NCBI GenBank assembly: GCA_965224245.1
Contig: OZ245046.1
Location: 1,600,001 to 1,664,000, forward strand
Length of the DNA: 64,000 nucleotides
Reading direction: 5' to 3'
Source: Candidatus Eiseniibacteriota bacterium
GTDB lineage: Bacteria > Eisenbacteria > RBG-16-71-46 > CAZAMP01
Below the pieces are notes generated by a model. That model was given only the letters and a program-made list of their open reading frames with translations, did no database searches and was not told the origin of the DNA. This document shows, in pieces, positions 28,615-37,872 of the stretch. The translations under genes and the position numbers were made by a program. Each line of letters begins with the position of its first letter. The stretch's first letter is position 1.

Positions 28615-29607
28615 GTGGAGATCTTCCTGACCGGCGGCACCGGATACCTCGGAGCGCGGCTGGCGCAAACCCTTGTGGCCAGAGGGCATCGGTTGCGCGC
28701 GCTGTACCGCTCCCCCGAGCGGGCGCCCCGCGCCGGTGCCTCGGTGCTGCCCGTTCGAGGGGATCTCGAGCGCCCGGACGCGTTGCGCGACGCGATCGAC
28801 GGTGTGGATGCAATCGTGCACACCGCCGCGATGGTCCAGAGCTACGTGCGCGATCCCGACCGGATGCGCCGGGTGAACGTGGACGCCGTCGAGCGCGTGG
28901 TTCAGCTCGGCCGCGAGCTCGGTGTTCCGCGTATCGTGTACACGTCGAGCTTCATGGCGCTGGGGCCCAGCTCGTCGCACCCGCGCACCGAGGACGATCC
29001 GTACGCGCGCGAGACCTTCCACAATCACTACGAACGCACGAAGTACCTCGGCGACCAGGTCGCGCGTCGCCTGCAGTCCGAGGGGGCACCGCTGACGATC
29101 CTGTACCCGACGGTCATCTTCGGACCGGGCGGGCTCACGCAGGGCAACTTCGTGGGCAAGATCGTGCGCGACTTCGTGAACCGGAAGCTCCCGGGACGGC
29201 TCGGACGCGGCGACGCGCTGTGGAACTACGCGTTCGTGACCGACGTGGTCGACGCGCATCTGCTGGCGCTGGAGCACGCACCACCGGGATCGCGATACAT
29301 CATCGGCGGTGACAACATCACGCTGGACGGGTTCATCGCCACGCTCGAGGAGGTCTCGGGCGTCCCCGCGCCCACGCGACGCGTGCCCCGGGCCGCCGCC
29401 AAGGTGATCGCCGCGCTGATGGAGGCCAAGTGCGCCGTCCTGGGCGGGCAGCCCGATCTGACGCGCGAGGTCGTCGACGTGTACTACCGGGACTGGGCGT
29501 TCTCCTCGGACCGGGCCATGCACGACCTGGGGTACCGGCCGCGCCCGTTCCGGGATGCGCTGTCCGACACCGTGGACTGGGCGCGCGCGAGCGGGGCGTC
29601 CGCGTGA
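28615..29607 (+). CDS. Extended SDR, farnesol dehydrogenase (FLDH)/HpnA-like
   Basis: TGGTGYLGARL, YTSSFMALG, YERTK, LYPTVIFGPGGLT..N, LPG..G.G, W.FSSDRA..DLGYRPR. Confidence 0.8.
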   Translation: MEIFLTGGTGYLGARLAQTLVARGHRLRALYRSPERAPRAGASVLPVRGDLERPDALRDAIDGVDAIVHTAAMVQSYVRDPDRMRRVNVDAVERVVQLGRELGVPRIVYTSSFMALGPSSSHPRTEDDPYARETFHNHYERTKYLGDQVARRLQSEGAPLTILYPTVIFGPGGLTQGNFVGKIVRDFVNRKLPGRLGRGDALWNYAFVTDVVDAHLLALEHAPPGSRYIIGGDNITLDGFIATLEEVSGVPAPTRRVPRAAAKVIAALMEAKCAVLGGQPDLTREVVDVYYRDWAFSSDRAMHDLGYRPRPFRDALSDTVDWARASGASA

Positions 29608-30332
29608 ACGCCTGGCTGGAGGCGACGTTCGTCACCGGCCTCGCGGCCGTGCTCGGCCTGGCCACGCGGGCCGTGCGGCCCAGCGCGGCATGGGGCGGCC
29701 TCGTGGTGGGCACCCTCATCTACCGGGGCGCGGGGCGCGGCGGCTTCGTCGTGCTCGTCACGTTCTTCGTCGTGGGCGTCGCACTGACGCGCCTCGGCTA
29801 CGCACGCAAGGCGGCGCAGGGACTGGCCGAGCCCCACGGGGGACGCCGCGGGAGCGCACACGCCGTGGCGAACGGTGGCGTGGCCACGCTGATCGCGATC
29901 GGGATGATGCTCGTGCCCGAGGCGCGAGATCTCCTGGCGCCGGCGTTCCTGGGGGCCTTTGCGGCCGCGCTCTCCGACACCGCCGGCAGCGAGGTGGGGC
30001 AGCTCTACGGCCGACGCGCGATGTCCCCGCTGACGTTTCGGCCCGTCCCTCCGGGGACCGACGGCGCCGTGTCGCTGGAGGGAACGCTCGGCGGCGCGGC
30101 CGCCGCACTCCTGATCGGAGGCGTGGCGCTGGCGACTCGCTTCGTGGGGCCGGCGGGGGCGCTGGCCGGTGTGGTCGGGGGGCTCGTGGGGTCGCTCCTG
30201 GAGAGCGTCGTCGGCAGCCTTCCGGGCCGACGGCGACCCGGACACATGGCGATGAACGCCGCCAACACCTTCGTGGGCGCGGCGGTCGCGGCCGCGATGG
30301 CGTGGCTCCTTCGGGGGATGACCCATGGGTGA
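29604..30332 (+). CDS. DUF92 (TMEM19/VTE6-like) membrane protein
   Basis: GRRG..HAVANGG, SDTAGSEVG, PPGTDGAVSLEGT, LLESVVG. Confidence 0.88.
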   Translation: MNAWLEATFVTGLAAVLGLATRAVRPSAAWGGLVVGTLIYRGAGRGGFVVLVTFFVVGVALTRLGYARKAAQGLAEPHGGRRGSAHAVANGGVATLIAIGMMLVPEARDLLAPAFLGAFAAALSDTAGSEVGQLYGRRAMSPLTFRPVPPGTDGAVSLEGTLGGAAAALLIGGVALATRFVGPAGALAGVVGGLVGSLLESVVGSLPGRRRPGHMAMNAANTFVGAAVAAAMAWLLRGMTHG

Positions 30333-32091
30333 TCGGCCCGATCGGGGGAACGTCCGCGCCGCGTCGGCGGCCGGCCGCCGGCGCGCCATCTGGCGGCGCA
30401 CGTGGCTGAACGGATCGATCTTCCTGTCCGCGTTGCTGGTCACCGCGGTGGTGGCCGGGGGGTTCATCGCGGACCGCACGGCCGCCGAGTCGGTGGCACG
30501 TGCCGCCCGATGGACGCTGGGCGGTCTCCTGGCCACCGTCTGGATCGGCGTCGTGGGCACGCTGCCCGTGCTCCTGTTCGGGCTTCGGTGGGTGGGGAGC
30601 CGGCGGCCCGGCCGCCTGCGCCAGATCGTGCGGGTGATGGCGATCTGGTCCGCCCTGGTGGCCACGATCGTTCTCGTGGCCTGGCTTCGCTCGTCACCGT
30701 TCGACGGGTCGCTGGCGTCCCGATCGCCGGCGGTCCGTCAGGCCGTCCCGGTCCTGCTGTTTGCCCTGATCGCCAACGGTCTCTGGTGGTGGTACCGCCT
30801 CGAGCTGCGCCACGCGATGCGCCGCCACCGGCACGGCGGGGCCCACCGGTGGCAGGTCGCCGCGATCGGGGTCCCGGCCGTGGTCCTGATGGCCGGCGTG
30901 CTCTCGCACGTGGGCATCGGACCTCGGATCGCGCTGCACGAGCCGTCGGTGGGGCTGGCCGAGCCGCCGGTCACCCGCGTGGTCTGGTGGACGGTGGACG
31001 GCGTGAATCAACGCACGCTGACGTACTGGACCGCTCTCCGCGAGCGCTCGGCGATCGCGCGCCTGGCGCTCCGAGGCTCCTCCGCCTACTTCGAGTGGGA
31101 CGCGAATCGACCCATGGCGGCCTGGCTCGATCTGACACGAGGTTTCGTCCCCAAGCGAAAGGATGGCCGTGTCGTACGCGATCGGTGGACGTTCGGCGCG
31201 GTGATCCGGCGACACCTCCGGTTCCTGCCGGGCGTCCGGCGAGTCGAGACGTCGGTTCTGGAGCGTCCGTCCCTGTGGGAGCTGGTGACGCGGACCGGCC
31301 GCGCGGTCGAGGTCGTCGGATGGACGCCCCCCATGCTGCCCGGCGACGCCATCGCGGGGCGGGTGGTCACCGGGGACGCGCTGAGCGGAATCCGCCAGCT
31401 CCTCGACGGGGCCGGCGGCCCCGTGGCGAGCGGCCGGTACGGCGATCCGGCGCTCCTGCGGACGCTCCGCGACGATGCCAGGAGCCCCTGGACGGACTGG
31501 CGACGCGGCTTTCCCGCCACCGAGGCCGACGACGCGCTGCTGGCGGCGGTGGCGGCGCTGGCGGTGCCGCCCGCCTCGATGATGTCCGACTACTTCCGGC
31601 TGAACGTGGCCGAGCGCTTCCTGGCCGAGGGCCGGGTCGCGTTGCACACGGCGCTGTTCGAGTTCCCGCGTGTGATCGCGGCCCAGGAGTCGGCGCTCGA
31701 CACCGAGTCGTTCGACCAGGTCCAGGACGCCATGCGCGCGTACCTCGACGTGCTGGACGCACGCGTGGAGCGCGTCCTCGCCACGCTGAAGGCCGGCGAT
31801 GCGTTCATCCTGACGTTCATGCCCCCGCCCATCGCCGACGGCCCGGCGGCGGGGCAGAGCGGTGCGGGAACCGCCTTCTTCATGGGCGAGAAGATCCGTC
31901 CCGAGAACGCCCGGGGCGAGGTCATCGCGACCGCCGACCTGGCCAAGACGCTCGTGTACCTCGCAGGGTGCCGGGTGTCTTCCTCGCTGGAAGGCCAGGT
32001 GGCGTGGCCGCTTCTCTCGGAGGACCTCGCCGAGCACTTTCCCCCCGAGCCCGTGGCCGACTACCCCCCGGCGCCGCGGGTGCGTCACTGA
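30325..32091 (+). CDS. Membrane protein with a degenerate alkaline-phosphatase-superfamily domain
   Basis: About 5 N-terminal TM helices, then VVWWTVDGV, W.DL.RG, SLWELV...VVGW, and DLAKTLVYLAG...LEGQ, matching the AlkP/NPP fold layout. Confidence 0.55.
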   Translation: MGDRPDRGNVRAASAAGRRRAIWRRTWLNGSIFLSALLVTAVVAGGFIADRTAAESVARAARWTLGGLLATVWIGVVGTLPVLLFGLRWVGSRRPGRLRQIVRVMAIWSALVATIVLVAWLRSSPFDGSLASRSPAVRQAVPVLLFALIANGLWWWYRLELRHAMRRHRHGGAHRWQVAAIGVPAVVLMAGVLSHVGIGPRIALHEPSVGLAEPPVTRVVWWTVDGVNQRTLTYWTALRERSAIARLALRGSSAYFEWDANRPMAAWLDLTRGFVPKRKDGRVVRDRWTFGAVIRRHLRFLPGVRRVETSVLERPSLWELVTRTGRAVEVVGWTPPMLPGDAIAGRVVTGDALSGIRQLLDGAGGPVASGRYGDPALLRTLRDDARSPWTDWRRGFPATEADDALLAAVAALAVPPASMMSDYFRLNVAERFLAEGRVALHTALFEFPRVIAAQESALDTESFDQVQDAMRAYLDVLDARVERVLATLKAGDAFILTFMPPPIADGPAAGQSGAGTAFFMGEKIRPENARGEVIATADLAKTLVYLAGCRVSSSLEGQVAWPLLSEDLAEHFPPEPVADYPPAPRVRH

Positions 32092-32150
32092 CGACCCTGT
32101 AACCCATTTGTTTGAATGTCGTTAGCAGCCCGCCCGGACCGCCGCGCGCA

Positions 32151-32179
32151 TTGACTTCGCGTCGGCGCTGCTCTAGCAT
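32151..32179 (+). promoter_or_regulatory. Sigma70-like promoter of the wbp operon
   Basis: TTGACT (32151)-17 nt-TAGCAT (32174) in an AT-richer intergenic region. Confidence 0.55.
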
Positions 32180-32296
32180 CTTCCATTCTCTTTTCAACAT
32201 CGGGATCGCCCGTCCGATGCATCCATTCGAGAGTCTGTCGCAACGACTTCGAGCCCACGGGCCGCCCGTTCGGGAGCTGTGAAAGGGAGTCCAACG

Positions 32297-33598
32297 TTGG
32301 AACTCAAGGACAAGATCCTCAGCAAAGAGGCTCATCTCGGCGTCATCGGCATGGGATATGTCGGCCTGCCGCTGATGGTCGAGTACGCGAAGGCGGGGTT
32401 TCGCGTATCGGGGCTCGACAAGTCGCAGTCACGCGTGGATCAGATGATGGCCGGCGAGAGCTATATCGGGGACGTGCCGTCGTGGGAGCTCAAGGAGCAC
32501 GTCGATGCCGGGCGCTTGATGGGCACGACGGATTCCGCGATGCTGGCCGAGGTCGACACGGTCAACATCTGCGTGCCGACGCCCCTTCGCAAGACCAAGG
32601 ACCCCGACGTCTCGTACATCGTGGACGCGGTGGAGAAGATCGCCGAGCATCTGCATCCGGGACAGCTCATCATCCTCGAGTCGACCACCTACCCCGGGAC
32701 GACGGTGGAGCTGATGCTCCCGCGGCTCGAGTCCACCGGGCTGAAGGTGGGTAAGGACTTCTTCCTGGCGTTCTCTCCCGAGCGCGTGGACCCCGGCAAC
32801 CCGAAGTTCACGACCAAGAACATCCCGAAGGTCGTGGGGGGCGTGACCCCGGCGTGCACCGAGGTGGCCGTCATCCTGTATCAACGCTCACTCGAGACGG
32901 TCGTGCCGGTTTCGTCGCCGGTCGTGGCCGAGATGGTCAAGCTGCTGGAGAACACCTTCCGGAGCGTCAACATCGGTCTGGTGAACGAGCTGGCCCTGAT
33001 GTGCGACAAGATGCACATCGACGTCTGGGAGGTCATCGACGCCGCCGCGACCAAGCCGTTCGGCTTCATGCCGTTCTATCCCGGGCCGGGCCTGGGCGGA
33101 CACTGCATTCCCATCGATCCGTTCTATCTGTCGTGGAAGGCGAAGCAGGCTGGATTCGAGCCCCGTTTCATCGAGCTGGCCGGCGTGATCAACGCCCAGA
33201 TGCCCGAGCACGTGGTGAACCTGGTGGGTCGCGCGCTGAACGACGACTCGAAATCACTGAAGGGCTCGAAGGTGCTCGCGCTGGGCGTCGCCTACAAGCG
33301 CAACATCGACGACTGCCGCGAGTCCCCGTCGCTGGACGTCATGCAGGAGATGATGATGCGCGGCGCGGACGTGGCATACTCGGACTCGTACGTTCCGTCG
33401 GTTCAGATCGCCGAGCACACGCTCACGCATCAGCCTCTGTCGCCCGAGATGATCGCCGGCTATGATTGCGTGGTGATCCTGACCGATCACACGGATGTGA
33501 ACTACGACCACGTGGTGTCCGCGGCGAGGTGCATCGTCGACACGCGCAACGTGCTGAAGGCACGCGGCCACCGCCACGACAAGATCTACAAGCTGTAA
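32297..33598 (+). CDS. wbpA: UDP-N-acetylhexosamine 6-dehydrogenase (WbpA/WecC family)
   Basis: GMGYVGLPL, ICVPTP, ESTTYPGTT, FSPERVDPG, KLLENTFR, catalytic GGHCIP. TTG start after GGGAG; alternative start 32279. Confidence 0.9.
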   Translation: MELKDKILSKEAHLGVIGMGYVGLPLMVEYAKAGFRVSGLDKSQSRVDQMMAGESYIGDVPSWELKEHVDAGRLMGTTDSAMLAEVDTVNICVPTPLRKTKDPDVSYIVDAVEKIAEHLHPGQLIILESTTYPGTTVELMLPRLESTGLKVGKDFFLAFSPERVDPGNPKFTTKNIPKVVGGVTPACTEVAVILYQRSLETVVPVSSPVVAEMVKLLENTFRSVNIGLVNELALMCDKMHIDVWEVIDAAATKPFGFMPFYPGPGLGGHCIPIDPFYLSWKAKQAGFEPRFIELAGVINAQMPEHVVNLVGRALNDDSKSLKGSKVLALGVAYKRNIDDCRESPSLDVMQEMMMRGADVAYSDSYVPSVQIAEHTLTHQPLSPEMIAGYDCVVILTDHTDVNYDHVVSAARCIVDTRNVLKARGHRHDKIYKL

Positions 33599-33646
33599 CC
33601 GGGCCGGGCAGGGGCGGTCGCTCGAGCGCCCGGCCGGCCGAAGGAG

Positions 33647-34618
33647 ATGTCCGTGCCGACCTACCTCGTGACCGGCGCGGCGGGATTCATCGGATCCAAT
33701 CTCGTCGAGCAGCTCCTGGCCGCCGGCCATACGGTGCGCGGGTTGGACAGCTTCCTGACCGGGAAGTCCGAGAATCTCGACGCGGCGGTGTCCGACCCCA
33801 CGCGCGAGCGCTTCACGTTCCTCGAGGGCGACATCCGGAGTGCCGAGGACGCGACGGCCGCGATGGCCGGCGTGGACTACGTGCTCCACCAGGCCGCGCT
33901 GCCGTCGGTGCCGCGCTCGGTCGACGATCCGATGCAGTCCCACGACGTGAACGTCAACGGCACGTTGAACCTCTTGAACGTGGCACGGGCCACCGGCGTC
34001 AAGCGCTTCGTGTACGCGGCGTCGTCCTCGGCCTACGGCGACAGCGAGACCCTGCCGAAGGTCGAGGACATGGTGCCCAATCCGCTGTCTCCTTACGCGG
34101 TCAACAAGCTCGCGGGAGAGTATTACTGCCGCGTGTACACGACGATCTTCGGCGTGCCGTCGGTGGGGCTCCGATACTTCAACGTGTTCGGACCGCGCCA
34201 GGACCCGACGTCGCAGTACGCGGCCGTGATCCCGAAGTTCATCACCGCGCTGTTGAGCGGTGAGAAGCCGACCGTCTACGGCGACGGCGAGCAGTCTCGC
34301 GACTTCACGTACATCGACAACGTCGTCCAGGCGAACGTACTGGCCTGCGAGTCCGAGCGCGCGCCCGGACACGTGGTCAACGTGGCGTGCGGCGATCGCT
34401 TCACGCTGAACCAGCTTCTCGGCGAGATCGCGGATCTCCTCGGTGTCCCGGCCGATGCGACCTACGTGGATAGCCGGGCCGGCGACGTCAAGCACTCGCT
34501 CGCCGACATCTCGGCCGCCCGCGACCTCCTCGGCTACGAGCCGGGGGTTTCGTTCCGCGACGGGCTCCGCCGGACGGTCGACTTCTTCAAGGATGCGGCA
34601 TGTCGCAGCAAGAGCTAG
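33647..34618 (+). CDS. UDP-HexNAc(A) 4-epimerase (WbpP-like SDR)
   Basis: TGAAGFIGSNL, HQAALPSVPRS, AASSSAYG, SPYAVNK, LRYFNVFGPRQDP. Confidence 0.88.
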   Translation: MSVPTYLVTGAAGFIGSNLVEQLLAAGHTVRGLDSFLTGKSENLDAAVSDPTRERFTFLEGDIRSAEDATAAMAGVDYVLHQAALPSVPRSVDDPMQSHDVNVNGTLNLLNVARATGVKRFVYAASSSAYGDSETLPKVEDMVPNPLSPYAVNKLAGEYYCRVYTTIFGVPSVGLRYFNVFGPRQDPTSQYAAVIPKFITALLSGEKPTVYGDGEQSRDFTYIDNVVQANVLACESERAPGHVVNVACGDRFTLNQLLGEIADLLGVPADATYVDSRAGDVKHSLADISAARDLLGYEPGVSFRDGLRRTVDFFKDAACRSKS

Positions 34619-35643
34619 AGCCGACGCGTCCGGTCGGCGTCGCCGTGGTCGGGGCGGGCGCCTGGGGCGCCAATCACGTTCGCACGATCTCGCGCCTGCC
34701 GGACGCCCGCCTGGTCGCCGTGTGCGATCGCACGCCCGACGTGCTGGCCAAGGTGAACGCCACGTACCCGGGTGTGCGCTGTGTCGACGAGGTCGACGAC
34801 CTCCTGGCGATGGACGACGTGGAGGCGGTGGTCGTCGCGACGTCGGCGGCGGCGCATGCCCCGGTGGCCGGCGCGTGCCTGTCCGCGGGGCGGGACGTGC
34901 TCGTGGAGAAGCCGCTGACGCTGTCCACGCGCGAGTCCGAGGCGCTCGTGCGCCAGGCGAGCGACGGGCAACGGATCCTGATGGTCGGGCATCTCCTGTT
35001 GTTCCATCCGGCCGTGATCGCGCTCAAGGACATGATCGACCGGGGCGAGCTCGGTGAAGTGCGGTACGTCTACAGCCAGCGCCTGAACCTGGGCAAGGTC
35101 CGGCAGGACGAGAACGCCTGGTGGTCGCTGGCGCCGCACGACGTCTCGGTCGTGAACTACCTGCTCGACGCCGAGCCGGTGATGGTCTCGGCCACCGGGC
35201 ACGCGTACCTGCAGTCGGACATCGAGGACGTCGTGTTCGCGAACCTGACGTATCCCGGTGGATCGATGGCCAACGTGCACGTCTCGTGGCTCGATCCCCA
35301 CAAGGTCCGCCGCTTCACGATCGTGGGCAGCCAGAAGATGGCGGTGTTCGACGACATGGAGAGCGTCGAGAAGGTGCGGATCTACGACAAGGGGGTCGAG
35401 ACCGCCGACTTCGTGTCGTACGGCGAGTCTCTCACGCTTCGGTTCGGCGACATTCACATCCCCCGGATCGACATGACCGAGCCGCTTCGCGTGGAGTGTC
35501 AGCACTTCGTGGAGTGCGTGAGGACCCGACGGACACCCCGCACACCGGGCACGCAGGGGCTCGGCGTCGTGCGGACGCTCAACGGTGGGCAGGAGTCTCT
35601 GAAGCTCGAGGGCGAGCCCGTGTCGCTGGGAGGAGCCCCGTGA
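34600..35643 (+). CDS. Gfo/Idh/MocA oxidoreductase (WbpB/WlbA-like sugar 3-oxidase)
   Basis: VGAGAWG, VLVEKPL, LAPHDVS, VSWLDPHK; context between wbpA and the acetyltransferase/aminotransferase. Confidence 0.82.
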   Translation: MSQQELEPTRPVGVAVVGAGAWGANHVRTISRLPDARLVAVCDRTPDVLAKVNATYPGVRCVDEVDDLLAMDDVEAVVVATSAAAHAPVAGACLSAGRDVLVEKPLTLSTRESEALVRQASDGQRILMVGHLLLFHPAVIALKDMIDRGELGEVRYVYSQRLNLGKVRQDENAWWSLAPHDVSVVNYLLDAEPVMVSATGHAYLQSDIEDVVFANLTYPGGSMANVHVSWLDPHKVRRFTIVGSQKMAVFDDMESVEKVRIYDKGVETADFVSYGESLTLRFGDIHIPRIDMTEPLRVECQHFVECVRTRRTPRTPGTQGLGVVRTLNGGQESLKLEGEPVSLGGAP

Positions 35644-36416
35644 TGGACGGCCACGTCCACCCCGAATCCCGCATCGGCGAGGGCTGTCACCTCGGCCACG
35701 GCGTCGTCGTCGAGGAGGGGTGCGTTCTGGGCGACGGGTGCCAGATCGGCCACCACGTGGTCATCCGGCGGGGATCGCGGCTGGGAGACGGCGTACGCGT
35801 CGACGATCACACGGTCATCGGCAAGCTCCCGATGCGTTCGTCGATCAGCATCTTCAGCGATGATGCGACCTACGACGGTTCCGAGATCGGCGACGGCTGC
35901 ATGATCGGGGCATCGGTCGTGATCTACGTGGGAGCACGGCTGGGGGAGAAGGTCCTGGTGGCCGACCAGGCCGCCGTCCGCGAGGAGGTCACGATCGGAC
36001 GCAACACGATCGTCGGTCGCGGAGCGCTCGTGGAGAACAAGTGCACGGTGGGGCAGTTCGTGAAGATCGAGAGCGAGGCGTACATCACCGCGTACTCGAT
36101 CATCGAGGATCGCGTCTTCATCGCGCCGGGCGTGGTGACGACGAACGACAACTACGCGGGACGCTCCGAGGAGCGGTTCAAGCACTTCAAGGGCGTCACC
36201 GTGCGCCGGGGCGGTCGCCTCGGCGGGGGATGCGTGATTCTGCCCGGCATCGAGATCGGACCCGACGCGCTGGTGGCCGCCGGTAGCGTGGTGACCCGGG
36301 ACGTGCCGGCACGCAAGATCGTCGCGGGGACGCCGGCCCGCGTCATGCGCGACGTGCCCGAGGATCAGCTGCTCGAGAATCAAGATTGGCCCGACGTGAA
36401 GGCGGCGGCGAGCTGA
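35643..36416 (+). CDS. Hexapeptide N-acetyltransferase (WbpD/WlbB-like)
   Basis: Left-handed beta-helix repeats, FIAPGVVTTND, AAGSVVTRDVP...GTPAR. Confidence 0.85.
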   Translation: MDGHVHPESRIGEGCHLGHGVVVEEGCVLGDGCQIGHHVVIRRGSRLGDGVRVDDHTVIGKLPMRSSISIFSDDATYDGSEIGDGCMIGASVVIYVGARLGEKVLVADQAAVREEVTIGRNTIVGRGALVENKCTVGQFVKIESEAYITAYSIIEDRVFIAPGVVTTNDNYAGRSEERFKHFKGVTVRRGGRLGGGCVILPGIEIGPDALVAAGSVVTRDVPARKIVAGTPARVMRDVPEDQLLENQDWPDVKAAAS

Positions 36417-36456
36417 GGGGCGCACCACGCCCACGCACCTGGAAGAGAGCAAGACG

Positions 36457-37554
36457 ATGCCGATCCCACTTCTGGATCTGAAGACGCAGTTCGCGGGCCT
36501 CGAGTCCGAGATGATGTCCGCGATCTCCGACGTTCTGCGCAGCGGCGCGTACGTCCTCGGTCCGACCGTGAAGGGCTTCGAGGCCGAGATCGCGGCCTAC
36601 ACCGGTGCCGAGCACGCCGTGGCCTGTGCGTCGGGAACGGACGCGCTGCTCCTGTGCCTGATGGCCAGGGGTATCGGTCCGGGCGACGAGGTCATCGTGC
36701 CCACGTACACGTTCTTCGCCACCGCCGGCGTGGTGCATCGCCTCGGCGCGACGCCGGTGTTCGTGGACATCGACCCCGAGCACTACAACATGGACGTCCC
36801 CGGGCTGGAGGCCGCAATCACGCCCCGGACGAAGGCCGTGATCCCGGTGCACCTGTTCGGTCAGAGCGCTCCGATGGCGCCGATCATGGAGATCTGTCGC
36901 TCGCGCGGCATCCCGGTGATCGAGGACGCGGCCCAGGCGCTGGGCGCCACGTACCGGGGCCAGTCGGCCGGCACCATCGGTGACTTCGGCTGCTTCTCGT
37001 TCTATCCCACGAAGAACCTGGGCGGGTACGGCGACGGCGGCATCATCACGACGAGCTCCGATGCCGACGCCGAGAACCTCAGGCGGCTCCGCGTGCACGG
37101 GGCACGCCCGAAGTACCATCATCAGGTGGTGGGGGTGAACAGCCGCCTCGATGCGATCCAGGCCGCGATCCTCCAGGTGAAGCTGCCGCACCTGGCCGGC
37201 TGGGCGGAGGCCCGGCGCGAGCACGCCGACCACTACCGCGCGAAGTTCGCGGGTACGCCGGTGAAGACACCGTCCCAGGCCGAGGACTGCTACCACGTGT
37301 ACAACCAGTTCGTCATCCAGGTCGGCCGCCGGGACGCGGTGATGGCGGCGCTGAAGGAGAAGAGCATCGGGTGTGAGATCTACTACCCGGTCGCGATGCA
37401 CCAGCAGGAGTGCTTCGGGCACCTCGGCTATCGCGAGGGCCAGTTCCCGGTCTCCGAGCGGGCCGCGCGCGAAACGCTCTCGATCCCGGTCTACCCCGAG
37501 CTGACGACGGCGATGATGGACGAGGTCGTCGACACCGTGCTGGGCGCGCTCTAG
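36457..37554 (+). CDS. DegT-family aminotransferase (WbpE/WlbC-like)
   Basis: IPLLDL, SGTDAL, IEDAAQA, SFYPTKNLGGYGDGG, NSRLDAIQAA. Confidence 0.9.
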   Translation: MPIPLLDLKTQFAGLESEMMSAISDVLRSGAYVLGPTVKGFEAEIAAYTGAEHAVACASGTDALLLCLMARGIGPGDEVIVPTYTFFATAGVVHRLGATPVFVDIDPEHYNMDVPGLEAAITPRTKAVIPVHLFGQSAPMAPIMEICRSRGIPVIEDAAQALGATYRGQSAGTIGDFGCFSFYPTKNLGGYGDGGIITTSSDADAENLRRLRVHGARPKYHHQVVGVNSRLDAIQAAILQVKLPHLAGWAEARREHADHYRAKFAGTPVKTPSQAEDCYHVYNQFVIQVGRRDAVMAALKEKSIGCEIYYPVAMHQQECFGHLGYREGQFPVSERAARETLSIPVYPELTTAMMDEVVDTVLGAL

Positions 37555-37581
37555 CTCGCCCCGCTCGCTCGCTCCCCATCG

Positions 37582-37613
37582 GCGAGTCGGGAGACGGCAC
37601 GCTCCCGACTCGC
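37582..37613 (+). terminator. Perfect 12-bp hairpin after the wbp operon
   Basis: GCGAGTCGGGAG-acggcacg-CTCCCGACTCGC, 28 nt after the stop codon; no poly-U tail. Confidence 0.5.
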
Positions 37614-37872
37614 GTCCCCTGCTCCCCGCGCCCGCCGCATGACGTTCTCGTGATGTCTCTCGGCTCCGACCGCGTCCGGCCCGGCGCTCGTGAGACAATG
37701 GTGGGCCATCACCAACCACCGAACCCCGGCCACGGCCGGCGACTCCGGACCCCGGGCGGGCACGCGCACCAGCGCGGCTGCCCCGGAGTCCCGGTGAGCT
37801 CGGCCGTCGGCCTCGGCCCCGCGAGAGCGACGCATTGGGTGTCGGCGCCACCCCACGGAATGCACTACCCTC

